Assembly: GCF_002571385.2 (NCBI RefSeq)
Contig: NW_019218150.1
Location: 111,151 to 168,059, forward strand
Direction: 5' to 3'
Origin: Stylophora pistillata
Taxonomy: Eukaryota
DNA: 56,909 nt
This document shows, piece by piece, positions 12,301 to 27,300 of this stretch (within the stretch, counting starts at the first letter, position 1; each line of letters begins with the position of its first letter). A model generated the notes under the pieces. It had not been told where the DNA came from. It ran no database searches and saw only the letters and a list, made by a program, of their open reading frames with translations. Made by a program: the position numbers and the translations under genes.

Positions 12301-15300
12301 CTTCAATAACCAATGTGAACAGATCTTCTTCAATGGCATCAATGTGCACAAATCGTCCTTTATCTTTAACCTCAATTGACTCCCAGTGCCACACAACTTG
12401 GGGTTCTGGAACGCCAGAAACTCTAACATCAAATCGGGCCTCTTCCCCAGCATTAACTACAACATCATCCATATTCTTTATAAACACTGGTGCGGCAATA
12501 TCTCTTACAGGTCTTGCTTGCACGTCGGAAGTACTTACTGTCTGTTCTACTGTAGGTTCTGATCCTGAATGAAAAAGAACGCACTTTACAAACATTGACG
12601 TCCAGAGCTATAACAATAAATACCATCTTCTCATGAGGAAAATTTAGAAAGATGGGACTTAGAAAAATTTGGGTAGAAGAAAAGCACGATGCAGTCCTTC
12701 GAGACAATTACAGAAACTTCCTACAGCGGTTGCTGTATTTCATTTTGATCACAATTTATCTGTCCCGTATCGAACAAAAAGCACTCTCTTAGTAAACGAT
12801 ATCAATCAGTGTTTCCCCAGGAGGATTTTATTTAGGAATGTATATTACATAAACCAAATCAATAACCTCGCTATCTAATCAAAAACTGTCAAAATAATTT
12901 AAGATCAAATTACCTTCTATATTAAGAAGAAACTTTTTGGTAATTGTCCCTATTACACTGGTTGCAACACACTTGTATGTACCCGAGTCTGCTGGGGTCA
13001 CGTGAAGAACCATTAGCTTAGAGTGCTCAGGGTCCTGTGAGATCTCAAGTTGAGAATTAGACATGATTGGCTCTTCGTCCTTGAACCATGCAATAACTGG
13101 TGAGGGCAGCCGGCCGGTATTGACAACCATAGACACATTGTCCCCTTGAGAGCCTTCCATAGGCACCTAGCAGTAACATAATTTTTCGGTTAAGCATGAC
13201 TCGTGGATACGAAATAAAACTTCAAATGGTAAACGGAGCATGAGCAAATCCCCTGCCACCATAGAGGTTATGACAGAGGACTGGATAAGGAACATTAAAA
13301 AAAAAAAAACAATACCCCAGTAGGATGCTAAGGACAGTCGCCCAGAGGCGGAGAAGGGGGAGGGGGTTAAGAGGACTGCAGACTGCTCTCAGTGTACCAT
13401 TTCTTTTCACAAGTCATAGGTGGCTAGATGAGTTGACGGTTTGATTCATTTCCAAGCCTGTTGTACCATCTGCTTTTACTTCAAGCAAAATATAATGTGA
13501 TAAATATGAAGAAAACTAATAAACATGACACCTATGAAGGAACTGTATATAAATTCAAGCACTAACCTCTTCCATTTCATCTTTGAACTCTGCTGGGACC
13601 TGAGTACGAGTAACATTCAGGCTACACTCACAATTGGCAGTTCCAGCCTCACTCATTGCCACGACCTTGTAAGTCCCAGAATCACCAACTTCACAATCCT
13701 CGATTACCAGACAAAACAGCTCTTCGTCATTGTCATCAGCATCGTCAACAATGATCACACGTCCCTCGTCTTGCAACTGACTCCCATTCTTGAACCATTC
13801 CACTACTGGTTCAGGGTTACCTGTGATGCGAACCTCAAATTTAACCACATCACCCTCACTGGCATCAAGGTTCTTCAGCGGTTCCTTAATCAGTGGCATA
13901 CTAACACCTTCCTCCACTATCAGCTCAGTCTGACACACAGTTTTGCCAAACTCGTTTTGCGCAACACATTTGTAGTATCCTTCATCGTCTAATTCTGTGC
14001 AGGAGATGACAACTGCACAAACATGACTCTCGTTTTTAATGGTGATGCGATCGTCCTCCTCCAAAGGTTCGTCATCTTTGAACCAGGAAACTTCTGCCTC
14101 TAGTCCTATTCGACACTCAAGCCGTGTTGAGTCACCCTCAAGAACCTCAATCTCCTCTGGTAAACGTGAGATAAACTGAGGAGCTTTGTCTGGGTCAAAA
14201 AAAACACACCAAGTCAAAGATCGCTTACTTGAAATGGATTTGAACATGGAGAAAGAGGCACCTAAAGCACCGAGGTTAGAGTTCACGCTCACGTTTGTAG
14301 AAGCCAACTAAAATTGCTTCCTTCAGTTCAAGTTTCTTATATTGCTCTGGAGTAACATTTCTAGGCCGATTTGCTCTGCCCCACTTCTGTGGGAAAATAA
14401 AGCCTATTTCCTTTTTGTTCCATTTCATATATTTTTTTCAGAAGTTGCACGTTGTTGAGTGCGTCATTACAACGGTCAAGGTAAGAATTTACAGCAACGA
14501 TAGTTACAAAGATAAAAGACTATACGTAACAGTAAAACAAACAGTGCAACTTAAACGTTAGACTCTATTTGATAAGCCATTTCTAAAATTACCAACATCA
14601 CATACCACTAGATCCTGTATCTACACATTCCACAGCATCACTCTTTTCTGTAAATAACGAAGTAAGCAAGTTGAAAACTACAAACAAGTCCTTTCAGTCT
14701 TAGCAAAAACATCATAAGCTAAAAACACTATAGTACCTTGAACCAGGATTTGTGCCTCACACTGATCTTGTCCTGCAGGATTCTTCACTACACACTTGTA
14801 TATGGCCTCGTCGTCAATTTCAACTTGGTTCACTCTGAGCAGATGAATCTCGTCGTCTGAGAGTAATTTGCAGCGATCGTCTGGTTCTATCTTTTCGTCG
14901 TCTCTGTACCACGTGACTGTGATAGGTTTGGAGCCAATCACTTTGATTTGCAGTTCAAGCTTGTCTCCCTCCACAATGTCCTCATCAGAAAATTTTTGAA
15001 CCAGAACAGGCTTTCTGAGTCTGATTGAAAACATTACGAACATTCATTTTGAAATAAAATGCTATTAGGATCCTGAACGTTGTAAACAATTTGAAATAGT
15101 TTCAGCTGACAAAGAAATGCCTCTGTTAAGCAGAGGATATCAAAATTTCTCCCAACTTCCCATGAGGTCCTGGTCTCCTTAAGTCTATGATAAAATGTAA
15201 ACATTTGACGATAAAAACTTGCGACAAAACGTTGCTTGATAACATTGTAAAATTTAAAAACGATAAAAAGCTATAGAAAGCTAAAATCGAGGACGTTTCA

Positions 15301-18300
15301 ACGCTAACATAAGGTCATTATCAAGTCAAGAATGTATAAAAATAAGTTCTAAAAAGACTAAAAACGAACAATAAGAGAAAAAAATTTGCGGGTTAAACAA
15401 AAAGTTTAGCCCGTATGGAGTCCGTTTGCACGTTCAGATTAGGTTATAATCTGAACGTGCAAACGGACTCCATACGTGATAAACATTTTGGTTAACCCGC
15501 AAACTATTTTCTCTTATTGTTCGTTTTTAGTATTTATAGAACTTATTTTTATACATTCTTGACTTGATAATGACGTTATGTTAACGTCGAAACGTCGTCG
15601 ATTTTAGCTTTCTATAGATTTTTATCGTTTTAAATTTTACAATGTTATCAAGCAACGTTTTGTCGCACGTTTTTATCTTCAAATGTCATTCCAAGTCACT
15701 TCTTCTACGAAAATGTAAACAGTACGTAAAACTACTTACATCACTTTCTCATCGTCACTTGGTTCTGAAATGAAAGAGAAGGTTTTCAATAAAATCATCG
15801 GGTAATGTAAAACGTACAAAAATTAAACTTAACTTCAAACAACACTCGTACGGTATCGACACTAAATTAGGAGGTTATTAATGTTCAGCTCCAAGAAACA
15901 GTTCATCTCAAGTACTGCAAACGATCCTATTGAGGTACGTCATCTGTGTGCAGGTTTCCAAGTCAAATTACATCGTGAAGTACAAAGTACTTCTTTATTT
16001 GAGTTTGCGTAATTCACAAACCTTCAACTATTAGTTCAGCAGAAGAATTCAGTTCCCAAGTCCCACTCTTAACTGAACACTTGTAAAGTCCCTCATCTTC
16101 ACCGACGGTCTTTTTAATAACCAGCTTACTGCTTTGTTCATCTGTTATAATTTTGACTCTCTTGTTCGGTTCTACAGGCTTCATTCCCTTGGACCATGAC
16201 ACAGTTGGTTTGACTAGACTCACAAAACAAATCTCCAAAGCCGCTGGTTCTCCTTCATCAACTTCGACATCTTGCAGTTCCTTTGTGATTTGAACTTCAA
16301 GGGATTCCTCTGTTTTTGGTTCTCTTGCTTCTGTAAATTTAGTTAAAAGCCACTCTACTGAACTTTTTTCAACTGTAAAAAATAACTTCGGGAGCAGCAA
16401 GAGATCTGATGTGTTGTAATGAGCTTTAACTTGCAATACGCCTAATAAATGTTTGAAAACGTTACATTGAAAGCATCGTTACATGCGAAATACCATTGAC
16501 CACTTTCATAAATGGCTGCCGAATTAATATTCTTTTGTTTAAATTTAAATTAGCCTTTCTGGCCTTGCTTGAGATGATGTAATGTAATAATGTAATAATG
16601 TAATAATGTAATAATGTAATGTAATATAATAATGTATTCTCTTGAATTTTGTACTGGAGAAAACGAGGCCAGAAAGGCTAATTTCAATTTAAACAAAAAA
16701 ATATTAATCTGGCGGCCATTTATGAAAGTGGTCTATGACAATAAAAATTAACAGTAGGAAATATAAATGGTTCATATAAAGATCTCAAAACCAACTAAGT
16801 TAGTTAACTGATGTGTTCTCAAATTATATCAATTTTGCTGAGGATTTTTACACCATATGGTGTCGCCTGGGTCCAGATTTTGAACGGGCGGATAACGCCA
16901 TCCAACGTACTCATTATCCAATAGATATAGGGTTGTAGCGTTATTCATCCTTCGAAACCGGAGGGCTGGTCTCTACCAGTCTACAAAAATTACCTTCTAC
17001 GAGCAATTCCACTTCACAGATAGCTTTCCCTGCCTCACTTTTTGCCACACATTTGTACATTCCTTCATCATCCACCTCTGCCTCATGTATAATAAGCTCA
17101 TATTTATCTCCATCAGAACGAATAGAAATCTTGTCACTTGGTTGTACTGGCTCGTCATCTACAAACCACGTAACTTCAGGCACAGGCTGCCCAATCACCC
17201 TGACCTTGAGGACCACTCTGGCACCTTCATTTACCTTTAAGTCATTAGGAACATCAATAAAGTCAGGCAGAATAGGTTCATCCGCACCTGGCACGCTCAG
17301 TTGGACTGGCTCGTATTCCAAGGCTGAAATAGTGTCAGGTATCAGAGGAACATCTCCTTGTCCAGGTAAAACAAGCTAAAAAAGATAAAAGAAAAGCTAG
17401 ACACACTTATTACAATCTTCTTTATTCATAACAGCATACAAAACCCCAAAACATTGAAACAATACATTGATTGCATTTTGAGCCAGGTTCAGAGACTCAG
17501 GACAGTTACAACTTGAACTGCTTATTTTACCCCTCTTGTATTTGACTGATAGTCTCTGTGCGGGAAGAGAATTTTGGGATACCTGAACAGCCTCAAATGA
17601 AGGTCTATTTTGTGGAAACTCTTTCTCTGACACTTCACGTTTCTCCTTGTAAGATGAAGGAAGGTTCTCCTCTTTAACAGGCAGTGCAACCTCTGCAGGT
17701 CCAAACGGTACTGAACTTACTGGTAAACTTAGTTCCACTGTTACTAAGCTTTCTGGAGGCTCCACTTCATCTTCATCGTCTCCTACAGAAGAAAAGAAGA
17801 GTACACAAGAGTGACTAATTAATAACTGGCCCTACGTCAACCTGGGTCAATGAAGCACGCGTCAACTTCAGAGAACACAAAGTATGTTGGAGACTTGCCG
17901 GAAGTGCAGCTGTGAGCAACTCGAGTAACTCAAGCTGTTCAAACGTCTTAAGTGCTCGCACTACGATAAACGCACAGCTGACACATGAAATTATAATTTA
18001 AATCAAATTTTCATCGCGCTTGTTTAAGGATGTACCCTCCACGCGTTCAAACATTTCATTAGCCTGCACAGTGGAAATATCAAGCAAGCCTGTCCAATGA
18101 ATTTACTGGTAATTTTTAAAATGAAATGAGAAGAATGCCGTCCCAAACATCAACATGTACAGGCTTACTTAGTATTCTGGGCATAAAAATTCAAATTCCT
18201 CTCAGAAAATCTGATTTATCCCTTTTCTCACACTCCCAAAAGAGAATGTCACCTTTCATTGCGACGAAAAGCCTCAAGGCAAACACGTACCTGTAACTAG

Positions 18301-21300
18301 TAACTCTGCCTCAGAGATTGCTTTACCAAATGAATTTGAAGCCACGCACTTGTACAGACCTTCATAATTCGACTTAGCAGAATTGATGACGAGCGCACAG
18401 CCATCAGCGTCGTCAAATTCAATTCTGAAGTTGCCACCTTCTTCTATTGGTTGTTCATCTTTAAACCACTCAACTTCGGGCTCTGGCTCACCTGATATGC
18501 GGACGTCAAGCTTTGCGGCACTACCTTCAAACACTTCCTGGGACTTCAAGGGCTGGATGAACTTGGGAGACTCACCCTCAGGTTGTTTTGCTGTTAAAGC
18601 AATTAGCTTACCCGTTAGAGTAGTTAGTTTACCAACAAAGTGGTTTCTCGTGCTTACTCTGCGATATCTTTTATCACAAAAAAACTCGAGGAGTATGACC
18701 CATCGCAATTGATAAGATGGACTTCTATTAAAGTACTTTACACTTAAAATAAAAGTTTGAAATTTCGATAATAGAAAATAAATTACTACTCCAAACAAGT
18801 CACACGAAACGATGGTGACAACTCCAACCTCTCACTCAGAAAATTTAAAGGAAAACCTAACATTTATTTTTTGGTAATTCTTTGCGGCTGAAACACGTCT
18901 GCAATCTTCTTACTCCAATAATCAATCATCCTCTGGAAAAAATTGTTTTAGACTATGACACTGACCTTCTATATTAACATCGAAGTTTCTTGTTATTGTC
19001 CCAGACGGGCTGGTAGCTCTACACTGGTACGCCCCGGAGTCTTCTGGTATTGCAGCGACAATAGTCAGAGACTGCTTATCTCCTTGCACCTCAGTCTTGT
19101 ACTTGCTACTGCTTCGACTAATTGGTTGGTCGTCTTTGTACCACTTAATGGAGGGCTTTGGCTTCCCAATTACTTCAACTTGCAGTGTAACATCGCCTCC
19201 TTCATCAATCAACATCGGAGTTCCACTGTCTTGGTCTGAAAATTGGGGAGGGATTAACTTTTCCTTAACTGTCAACCCAGCCGAACACACAGCCTTTCCA
19301 AATACGTTGGATGCAACACATTTGTATCTTCCTTTGTCTTTAGTCACACAGTTACTAATAGTAAGCGTGTGGCAACCATCTTCGGTAGACTCTGTAGCAA
19401 ATCGCCCATCTGTTAAAATCTCCCGTTCAGACGAGCACCACTGAACGTCAGGTTGCGGAAGGCCTTGAACCTTTACGCTGAAGACAGCACTATCACCTTC
19501 AAATGTGCTGACATCTTTCAACTTCTCTAAAAATTCTGGTTTACTCTGATCTTCAAGATCATCGACTTCATTAACTAGAAGTTCCAAAGTACAGATTGCT
19601 GATCCAATCTCGTTCTGTACTTTGCACTGATACTCTCCTTCGTCATCTAGCTCAGTGCTTCGAAAGTGAAGTGAGGTAAACACTCCATCACAATCAACGG
19701 TGACACGCTCGCTTGTCTCGACAGGGCTCTCATCTATCAGCCAAGTAACTTCTGGATATGGTTTTCCTTTGATCTCACAGTTTAGTTTGACTGCACTTCC
19801 TTCCAGTACTTCCACAGGAGTGGTAACTGCTGTGACCTCCGGTGCGACGCCATCTGAAGAATCTTTTCCTTCAAGGTAAATTACAATGAGATTTAAGTTG
19901 AGAGCTTAGAGGTATAAATGGGACAATGTCTGATATTTATTATCCACACCCAATTCACGGTCTCATTACGCAATTCTATCAAAACCTCGCCTCAACAAGG
20001 ACTATAATTAAGTGAAAACACGGTTTAACAAAATGAGAAAGGGACAAACAAGCAAACACAGTTTGTGCGAATATTTCAGTAAAAGAAAACAACAAATTAC
20101 AACTGGAACGGCCAAGAGAAAGTATGATTGCGAAGCTACCAAACAGCGAGAACCGATACAGTATTCGTTTCGTGTTCGCAATGAGGAGCAAAACCCCTTT
20201 TCACAATTTTTAATCAACTGGCTTTTTTTCTATGCATATCAAATTTGCAAGTATTACCTTTAATGGTGAGCTTGAAGGTGCTGGTGCTCTCATCTTTGGT
20301 ATCAAACTTGTAAATTCCAGAGTCCTCTGGGGAGGCATTTCTTATTGTTAGAGTATGGATGCCTTGTTTAGCATCAATATCATAGTGGGTACTCTGTCTC
20401 ACAGGTTCATCATCCTTAAGCCAAGTAACTATGGGAAGTTGGGCGCTGGTCAAAGCCTTCAGTGTTACATCTTGGCCCTCTATGAAATCCACTGGAATCT
20501 CAGCAAAACCTGGACTTTTGTGTGGAACTGATGGAGGGGTGACTAAAAGTTGAGCACTACACGAATCTTTGCCAGCTTCGTTCATAGCTATACATTTGTA
20601 CAGACCGGCATCGAATGGTTCACACTTTTCAATTACAAGCGAGAAGAGTTCTGGCTGATCATCATCCACATCATCAATTATCATAATACGGCCCTCATCT
20701 TCAAGCTGCACACCATCTTTAAACCATTCCACGACTGGTTCTGGATTTCCAATAACACGGATATCAAAGCAAACATTTTCGCCTTCTGTCATACTTGTGT
20801 TTTTCAGCGGCGCTTTAAAAATTGGTAATGCCATTCCTTCGTCCACAATCACTTCAGCAGAGCTTGACACGACACCTTGGTCATTCTCTATCTGACAAAG
20901 ATAGTCCCCTTCATCATCTAGAGTTGAGCGATGGATTGTCAAGGCACAAACTACACCATCGAACGAGGTGGTTAATCGCTCACAGTCAGTCAGAACAACA
21001 TTGTCATGAAACCACTTCACGTGAGCGTCAGAAGCTCCAAAGACATGACACTCCAATGTGATTGGTTGTCCTCGAAGTACCTCTACCTCGACGAGTTCTT
21101 TGGTGATTTCTGGCAACGAAGTGATTGGCTTTGCACCTGTGACATGTATGTTGATCAACATTCATTTTACTTCAATTGATAAACAAAGCTTATTTCAGCA
21201 AATTAGTGGCTAAGAAAATAAAAGTAACTGTCCATCTGCTATAGAAGAATGCATTTTGTAATAATTACACAAAATCATTGCGTATTAAACATGTTTCATC

Positions 21301-24300
21301 AATAACTACAATCAGACAACTATAAAAAGCAGCTATAAGGCTCACTTGAACTGCAAATTAACCTCGTGGTTTCCCTTAGGCAAACAAACATCGATCGATG
21401 GATTCTAACGAGTTTATCTATTTGTAAATCAAACTCTACCAGGAATTCTAGATAATGGATTTGGGGGAAATTGGACAAATCAGGCAAATGAATAGTCAAT
21501 GACAATTAATAATATTTTGATAGGAGAACTATCTGTGAGGGGAAGTTGATGATCAGAGGAGCATCATTCTCTGTCTACTGTTTGTCTACTGGCGAACAAC
21601 GTGGCTAATCTGTATGAGAAAACCAGAATCGCGGCTAAAGTAAGGCCAGTTAAAGGGATCCCAGTTATAAATTAGGGTAACTCTTATCAGCCAACAAAAA
21701 AAACTGAGATATGTGAAAACTAGAGAAAATCAAGAAGAATAGAAAAGAAACCTCTCACTTTATAACCTCAAGATTAAGAGCTACCTTTAATCTCAACATT
21801 GAAAGCACGTGTACCAACTCCAGCTTCATTTGTAGCAGTAAGAGTGTACGTTCCTTTGTCATAAACACTTGGATTGGAAATCAGTATGGTGTGAAGGTCA
21901 TCTTTTGAAGTAATAGCAATATGCTCGCTGTTTTGTAGAAGAATATCATCCTTATCCCACTCAACTTGTGGTGTGGGACTACCCTGAACTCTTGCTGCAA
22001 GCTTAACATCTCCATTGACAGTCAGTTGAAATGGAACAACACTGTCATCTTCAACAAAGGAAGGCCTTTCCAGTTCCGATGGTTGTTCTGGATGAACGTT
22101 CTCCTCCGGTTCACAATCAACTGTAAAAGTTTTCCACGAGGCGCCAGCGTTATTAGAAGCCGTGCATTTGCATACACCTTTGTCCTCCTGAGTGGCACCT
22201 TTAATAACAAGCTTCTGCACTCCATCTTCTGAGTCGATCTGAAAATGGCTACTTTCCCGTAAGACTTTTCCATTCTTTGTCCACTCTGCGTCTGGATTTC
22301 CACTAAACATAACCTCCAATTTAACATCACCATCCTCCGAAACCCTTACTGGTGCCTCTTGCTCTGTCTGTTTCACAATTGTTGGAGGTATTACTGTTTC
22401 GTCTACACCTACCTGGCCTCTTCTGCCTACTTCAGGCTCCACACCACCAATCTCTAGAGCGTATGCTCTGGTCGACTTTCCAGCGGGGTTAGTTGCCGTG
22501 CACGTGTAATTCCCTTCGTCTTCTGGCGAAGCTCCTTTGATTAAAAGTCTGTGGGTGCCTTCTGATGAAAATAATTTAACATGTCCATTCTCCGAAATGG
22601 CTTGACCGTCTTTTCTCCACTCAACGCTTGGTGTGGGGTTTCCCGCTACTTTAACTTCCATGGTCACATCGCCATTATCTGATATTATAAAGGGGTTTGC
22701 TGTATGTTCTTCAAATGAAGGCATAACCCAGTCTTCATAGCCTTCTATGTTCACTTCAAAACTTCTCGTGGTAGTTCCAGTAGTATTTGATGCTAGACAG
22801 ACATAAGTTCCTTTATCTCTTGGCGTGGGTCCACGGATCACTAACGTATGTATATCAGTATCACCGTTCCATAGGAACTTGTTAGTTTCCACCAGGGGCT
22901 TGTCATCTTTCAGCCACTTTACGTCCGGGAGAGGTTTACCACTCACTCTCACTTTCAGAGTGACATCTTCATCTGCATTCACTTCAAAAGGACTGAGACC
23001 TTCCGGCAAGGCAATGAAGTGAGGAGGTTCAAGATCAATTTCTGTGGTCTCTCTTGAAGCTGTAAGCTCCTTGTTCGTGCGTCGAGGTCTATCCTCGGTT
23101 GCATCTTGTTCTCCCGATGTTACTACAACCTTTGGCTCCGCGAATAAGCTCGAAGGTGTGGCTGACTCTGCATTAACTGAGATTTCAAAAGGCACCTCAA
23201 CGGTGGGTTCACTTCTCTTTCCGAGTGGAATAACACTTAGTCTTGCCTCGTGTGACTCCTCTCCAATTTCATTAAAAGCGACACACTTGTATGTGCCAGC
23301 ATCCTCAACAAAAGTCTCCCCAATAGTTAGGGAAAACTTCCCCTTGTCGAGATCGTCTTTTATAACAAATCTCCCTTTATCTTCAATTGCCCTTTCATCT
23401 TTAAACCAATCAACTTCAGGTGCTGGAGTTCCTCCGATAATAGCACTAAACGTTGTATGTTGACCTTCTGATACAGTTTGATTGCGTGGCTTCTTTTTGA
23501 AAAAAGGAGGACTATGACTTTCACTGAGATCTTCCTCCACTAGCAGTTCGCAATATGTTGATGCAATGCCAAACGCATTTCTGGCAACACACTTGTAATC
23601 TGCTTCATCATCTAGCTCTGTGCGTAACAAGATTAAGCGGCAGTTTTTCCCATCGAATTCGGTACGAACACGTGTCGTCTGCCTAACTCGAGAATCGCCT
23701 TTAATCCACTCGATGGATATTTCAGGAGAACCAACAACTTCGCATTCCAAAGTTACTGGAGAGTTCTCAATGGCAGTTGGTGACTCCAAATATTTTGTAA
23801 ACGCGGGTGCAGTTCCATGCGGCTTTGAGGCTATACAATAAAAAAGGTATTGTTTCTTCACGTTTACGTCAGAGGAGACCGTCTGTATCACGTAGCTCGT
23901 CTGCGAGACGTCATGACAGAGGCACGAACGAGGTATGATCATCGGAATCAAAAGTGTTAGAAGAGTTGGAGAAAGCTAGTTAACCTACACAAAAGACCAA
24001 CTTCAACATAGCCATAGCTCGTCCACAGATAATAAATGAGGAGGAAACACTGCAGCAAGGCAGTATGTATAAAGTACAGTTAGCAGAATAGTAAGCATTA
24101 GTTGAGGTGATGAATGTGTCCTTCATTGATAAAAATTCGGTTGAGATCATTATTATTGTGATAGTGTACCACTAATTCCTATTTCAATAACTGCCTTCTG
24201 TTTGCTTTGAATTGCCAGATTACTTAGAAATGTATTACAGCGTGCAAGCGGAGCAATGTTTGAGTAATATAATGATCCTTTTAACCTTTGATATATGTAT

Positions 24301-27300
24301 TGTGTGATGCACTTCGATAATTACATAGCTTTAGTTTATTCCTCAGATGGTTACAACTAAAAGCCACCTTGAAGCCAAATTTGAGAAGCGTGCTAAGGGA
24401 AGAAGATTAAAAGCAGTAGCTAAGAAATGCTGGGCTGGATAATTAATGCCAAGGTTAAGAAGTATTTTACAACATTTAACTCCATTCTATTTGCAGTTAC
24501 GTTGACAAGGTATACCTTCAGTGGTCTACCACTGCTCTTACAAAGTTACACAGAGAACCTTACATGTAAATCAATCGATATCATTTAAATAAGCAGCCCC
24601 TTGAATATCCGAGGAAGAGCGTTCTCGGCATCCTGATTGCAGCTCACTATGTTAGCTAGCCAAAGTCTAATTACTTTATAGCAACCTAGTGCAAGCTTCT
24701 CTGAAATTTAACTTCGAAAAAAAGAGCACCTTTTTAAAAAAATAGGTCAAGTCATAAGCACCCCTTCAGAGCAATATGATTGGTCAATATTCTATGTATT
24801 GTCAGACTCGTAATGATTAGAAATATATCTGTTCTCATACGCTTCTGCCATCATTAGTTAGAGAAATGCATATAAAATACACAACTTAATCTTAGGATAA
24901 CATAGCACATTGAAAAATCTGTGCCACATGTACACAGAAACTGCTACAAAAGATAAACATTGAAAAAAACATCCTTACCTTTAATATTGACGTGAAAAGT
25001 CCTTGTGGACGTTCCTGAAGTATTATGTGCGATGCACTTATAAGCTCCAGAATCAGCAGGGCCAGCACTGGAAACAGTCAATGTATGTTTATCATCTTTA
25101 GCTTTGATGTCAAAATGGTTGCTGTTCTTTAGAGATGTATCATCTTTGACCCACTCTACGGTTGGTGTAGGCTTGCCACTCACCGTTACCTCTAGCACAA
25201 CGTCACCTCCAGCTTCAATGAAATTTGGAAAAGAGGGCCCATCTGTAAACACTGGAGGGGATGGTTTTTCTGTAACAGTGAGCTCACTAGTACAGGACAT
25301 TTGTCCTGCTTCATTTGAAGCGATACAGCGGTATGTTCCAGCATCAGATAATAAGCAATTAGACAACTCCAAGGAATGCATGTTATCATCGGAGAGAAAT
25401 TCATACCGTGATTCCCCCTCCAAAGGCTCGTCATTCTTCAGCCATTTCACATCTGGCTGAGGCGTGCCAGACACTCGAACGTTAAATCGTGCCAAGTCAC
25501 CTTCAAATAACTCAATACTCGCCATTTTCTTGACAAATTCAGGAGCAACAACTGCCTCGTCAACAACAAGTTCGATAGAACAAGAAACCCTCCCCACCTG
25601 GTTGGTAGCTGAGCACGTGAACTCTCCATCGTCCGTTTGTTTTGCTCCTTTCACAGTAAGAGCAGATCGATTTCCGTCGAACTCCAGATCAAAGCGGTGG
25701 CTGTCTCGTACAAGTTTTCCATCTTTAAACCACTCAATTTCGGGTTCTGGTAGACCAGAAACAATTGCCTCAAATCTGGCCTCACTTCCCTCGACAATGC
25801 GTGCTCCTTCAGGTCGGACAACAAATTCTGGGGCGTGCATCTCCTTCTCGACTTCCAGTTTAGCAGAGCAATTATCAGTGCCTCCACTATTAGAAGCAGT
25901 ACAGGTGTATTTCCCTCCATCTGAAAGCCTGCAGTGAGTTATTTGCAATGTATGAATGCGGCCCTCGGTGTCTATTTGAATACGATCATTTGAAACAACA
26001 GCTCTCCCATCTTTCAGCCACTTCAAAGCTGGTCTGGGTCTCCCACTGACTTCAACCTCCAAGTCAACATCACCTCCCTCAACAACTTTGTTGTCTTCGA
26101 GGCGCTGGAGAAACCTAGGAGGAATGACGTTTTCTCTCACCGTCAGCTGTCCTTCGCACGACACTTGGCCCGCCTCATTTACCGCCGTACAACGATAGGT
26201 GCCCTGATCCTTTGATATGGCACCATAGATGAGATAAGCATAAGTTCCTCTCTCTCCATTCTCAACAAATTCAGTTCTTGACGTTACTTCCTCGATCAAA
26301 ACGCCATTCTTGTACCAATCAATATCAGGTTCCGTACCTTGCACACGAACTTCCAGACGCACATCAGTATTTTCAGTTACGTCAACATTTCTCAGTGCGT
26401 CCAAGAAAGAGGGCTTTTTTATCTTCTCTGCGACAGAGAGTTTCCCGATAGATGACACCATTCCAAATTTGTTTGTGGCTGTGACTGTATACTCTCCATC
26501 ATCGTCTGGAAGAACATCCATCAAAATAAGTTTGTAAATGTCACCTTCACATTCCATAAGGGTTTCCTCGTTTTCTTCTATTTTCCCACCACTGCTGGAC
26601 CACTCAATATCAGGTATAGGGTCGCTCGTAATGTGCGCTTCAAAACGTGCTGTATCTCCCTCTGATACATTAAGATCTTTTAACCCTTTCACGATTTGTG
26701 GTGGTAATGGCGATTCTGCCTCCTTTGGAACCCCGAGCACACCTTCAAGGGGTACTTCACGTTCCACAACCACATTATTTGATGGTGATATATCTTCAGT
26801 TTCTTGGCAAGCATTTCCTTGATCAACCAAAAGCTCCACTTGACATGACGCTTCTCCAGCTTCATTGACAGCAACACATTTATAGATTCCTTGGTCTTCA
26901 AGAGTCACAGAACTGACTGTCAATTTACCAGTTGGCGAGGAAACAGTACGACCAGTTGTGGGAATCTCTTGACCCTCTTCACGAAACCAGTTAATGGTGG
27001 GCGTTGGCGTTCCTTCAACTTTCACCTCGAAGGAAACAACGTCGCCCACCAAAACATTTGTATTTTGAGGTTTCTGCAAGAAGGTTGGGGGTTTCCCGTG
27101 AGGTCTTCCTGGTTTAACAATGAGGGGTGCAACACTCCGAACAAAACCAACTTCATTCCTTGCTTGACACGCGAATTCTCCTGAATCACCAAGAACAGTT
27201 TTATGAATATTCAGTTTGTGGACGTTTTCAGTTCTATGTGGTCCGTATTTTTCACTAGGTTCAATAAGAACATTGTTTCTAAACCATGCAATGTCTGGTT

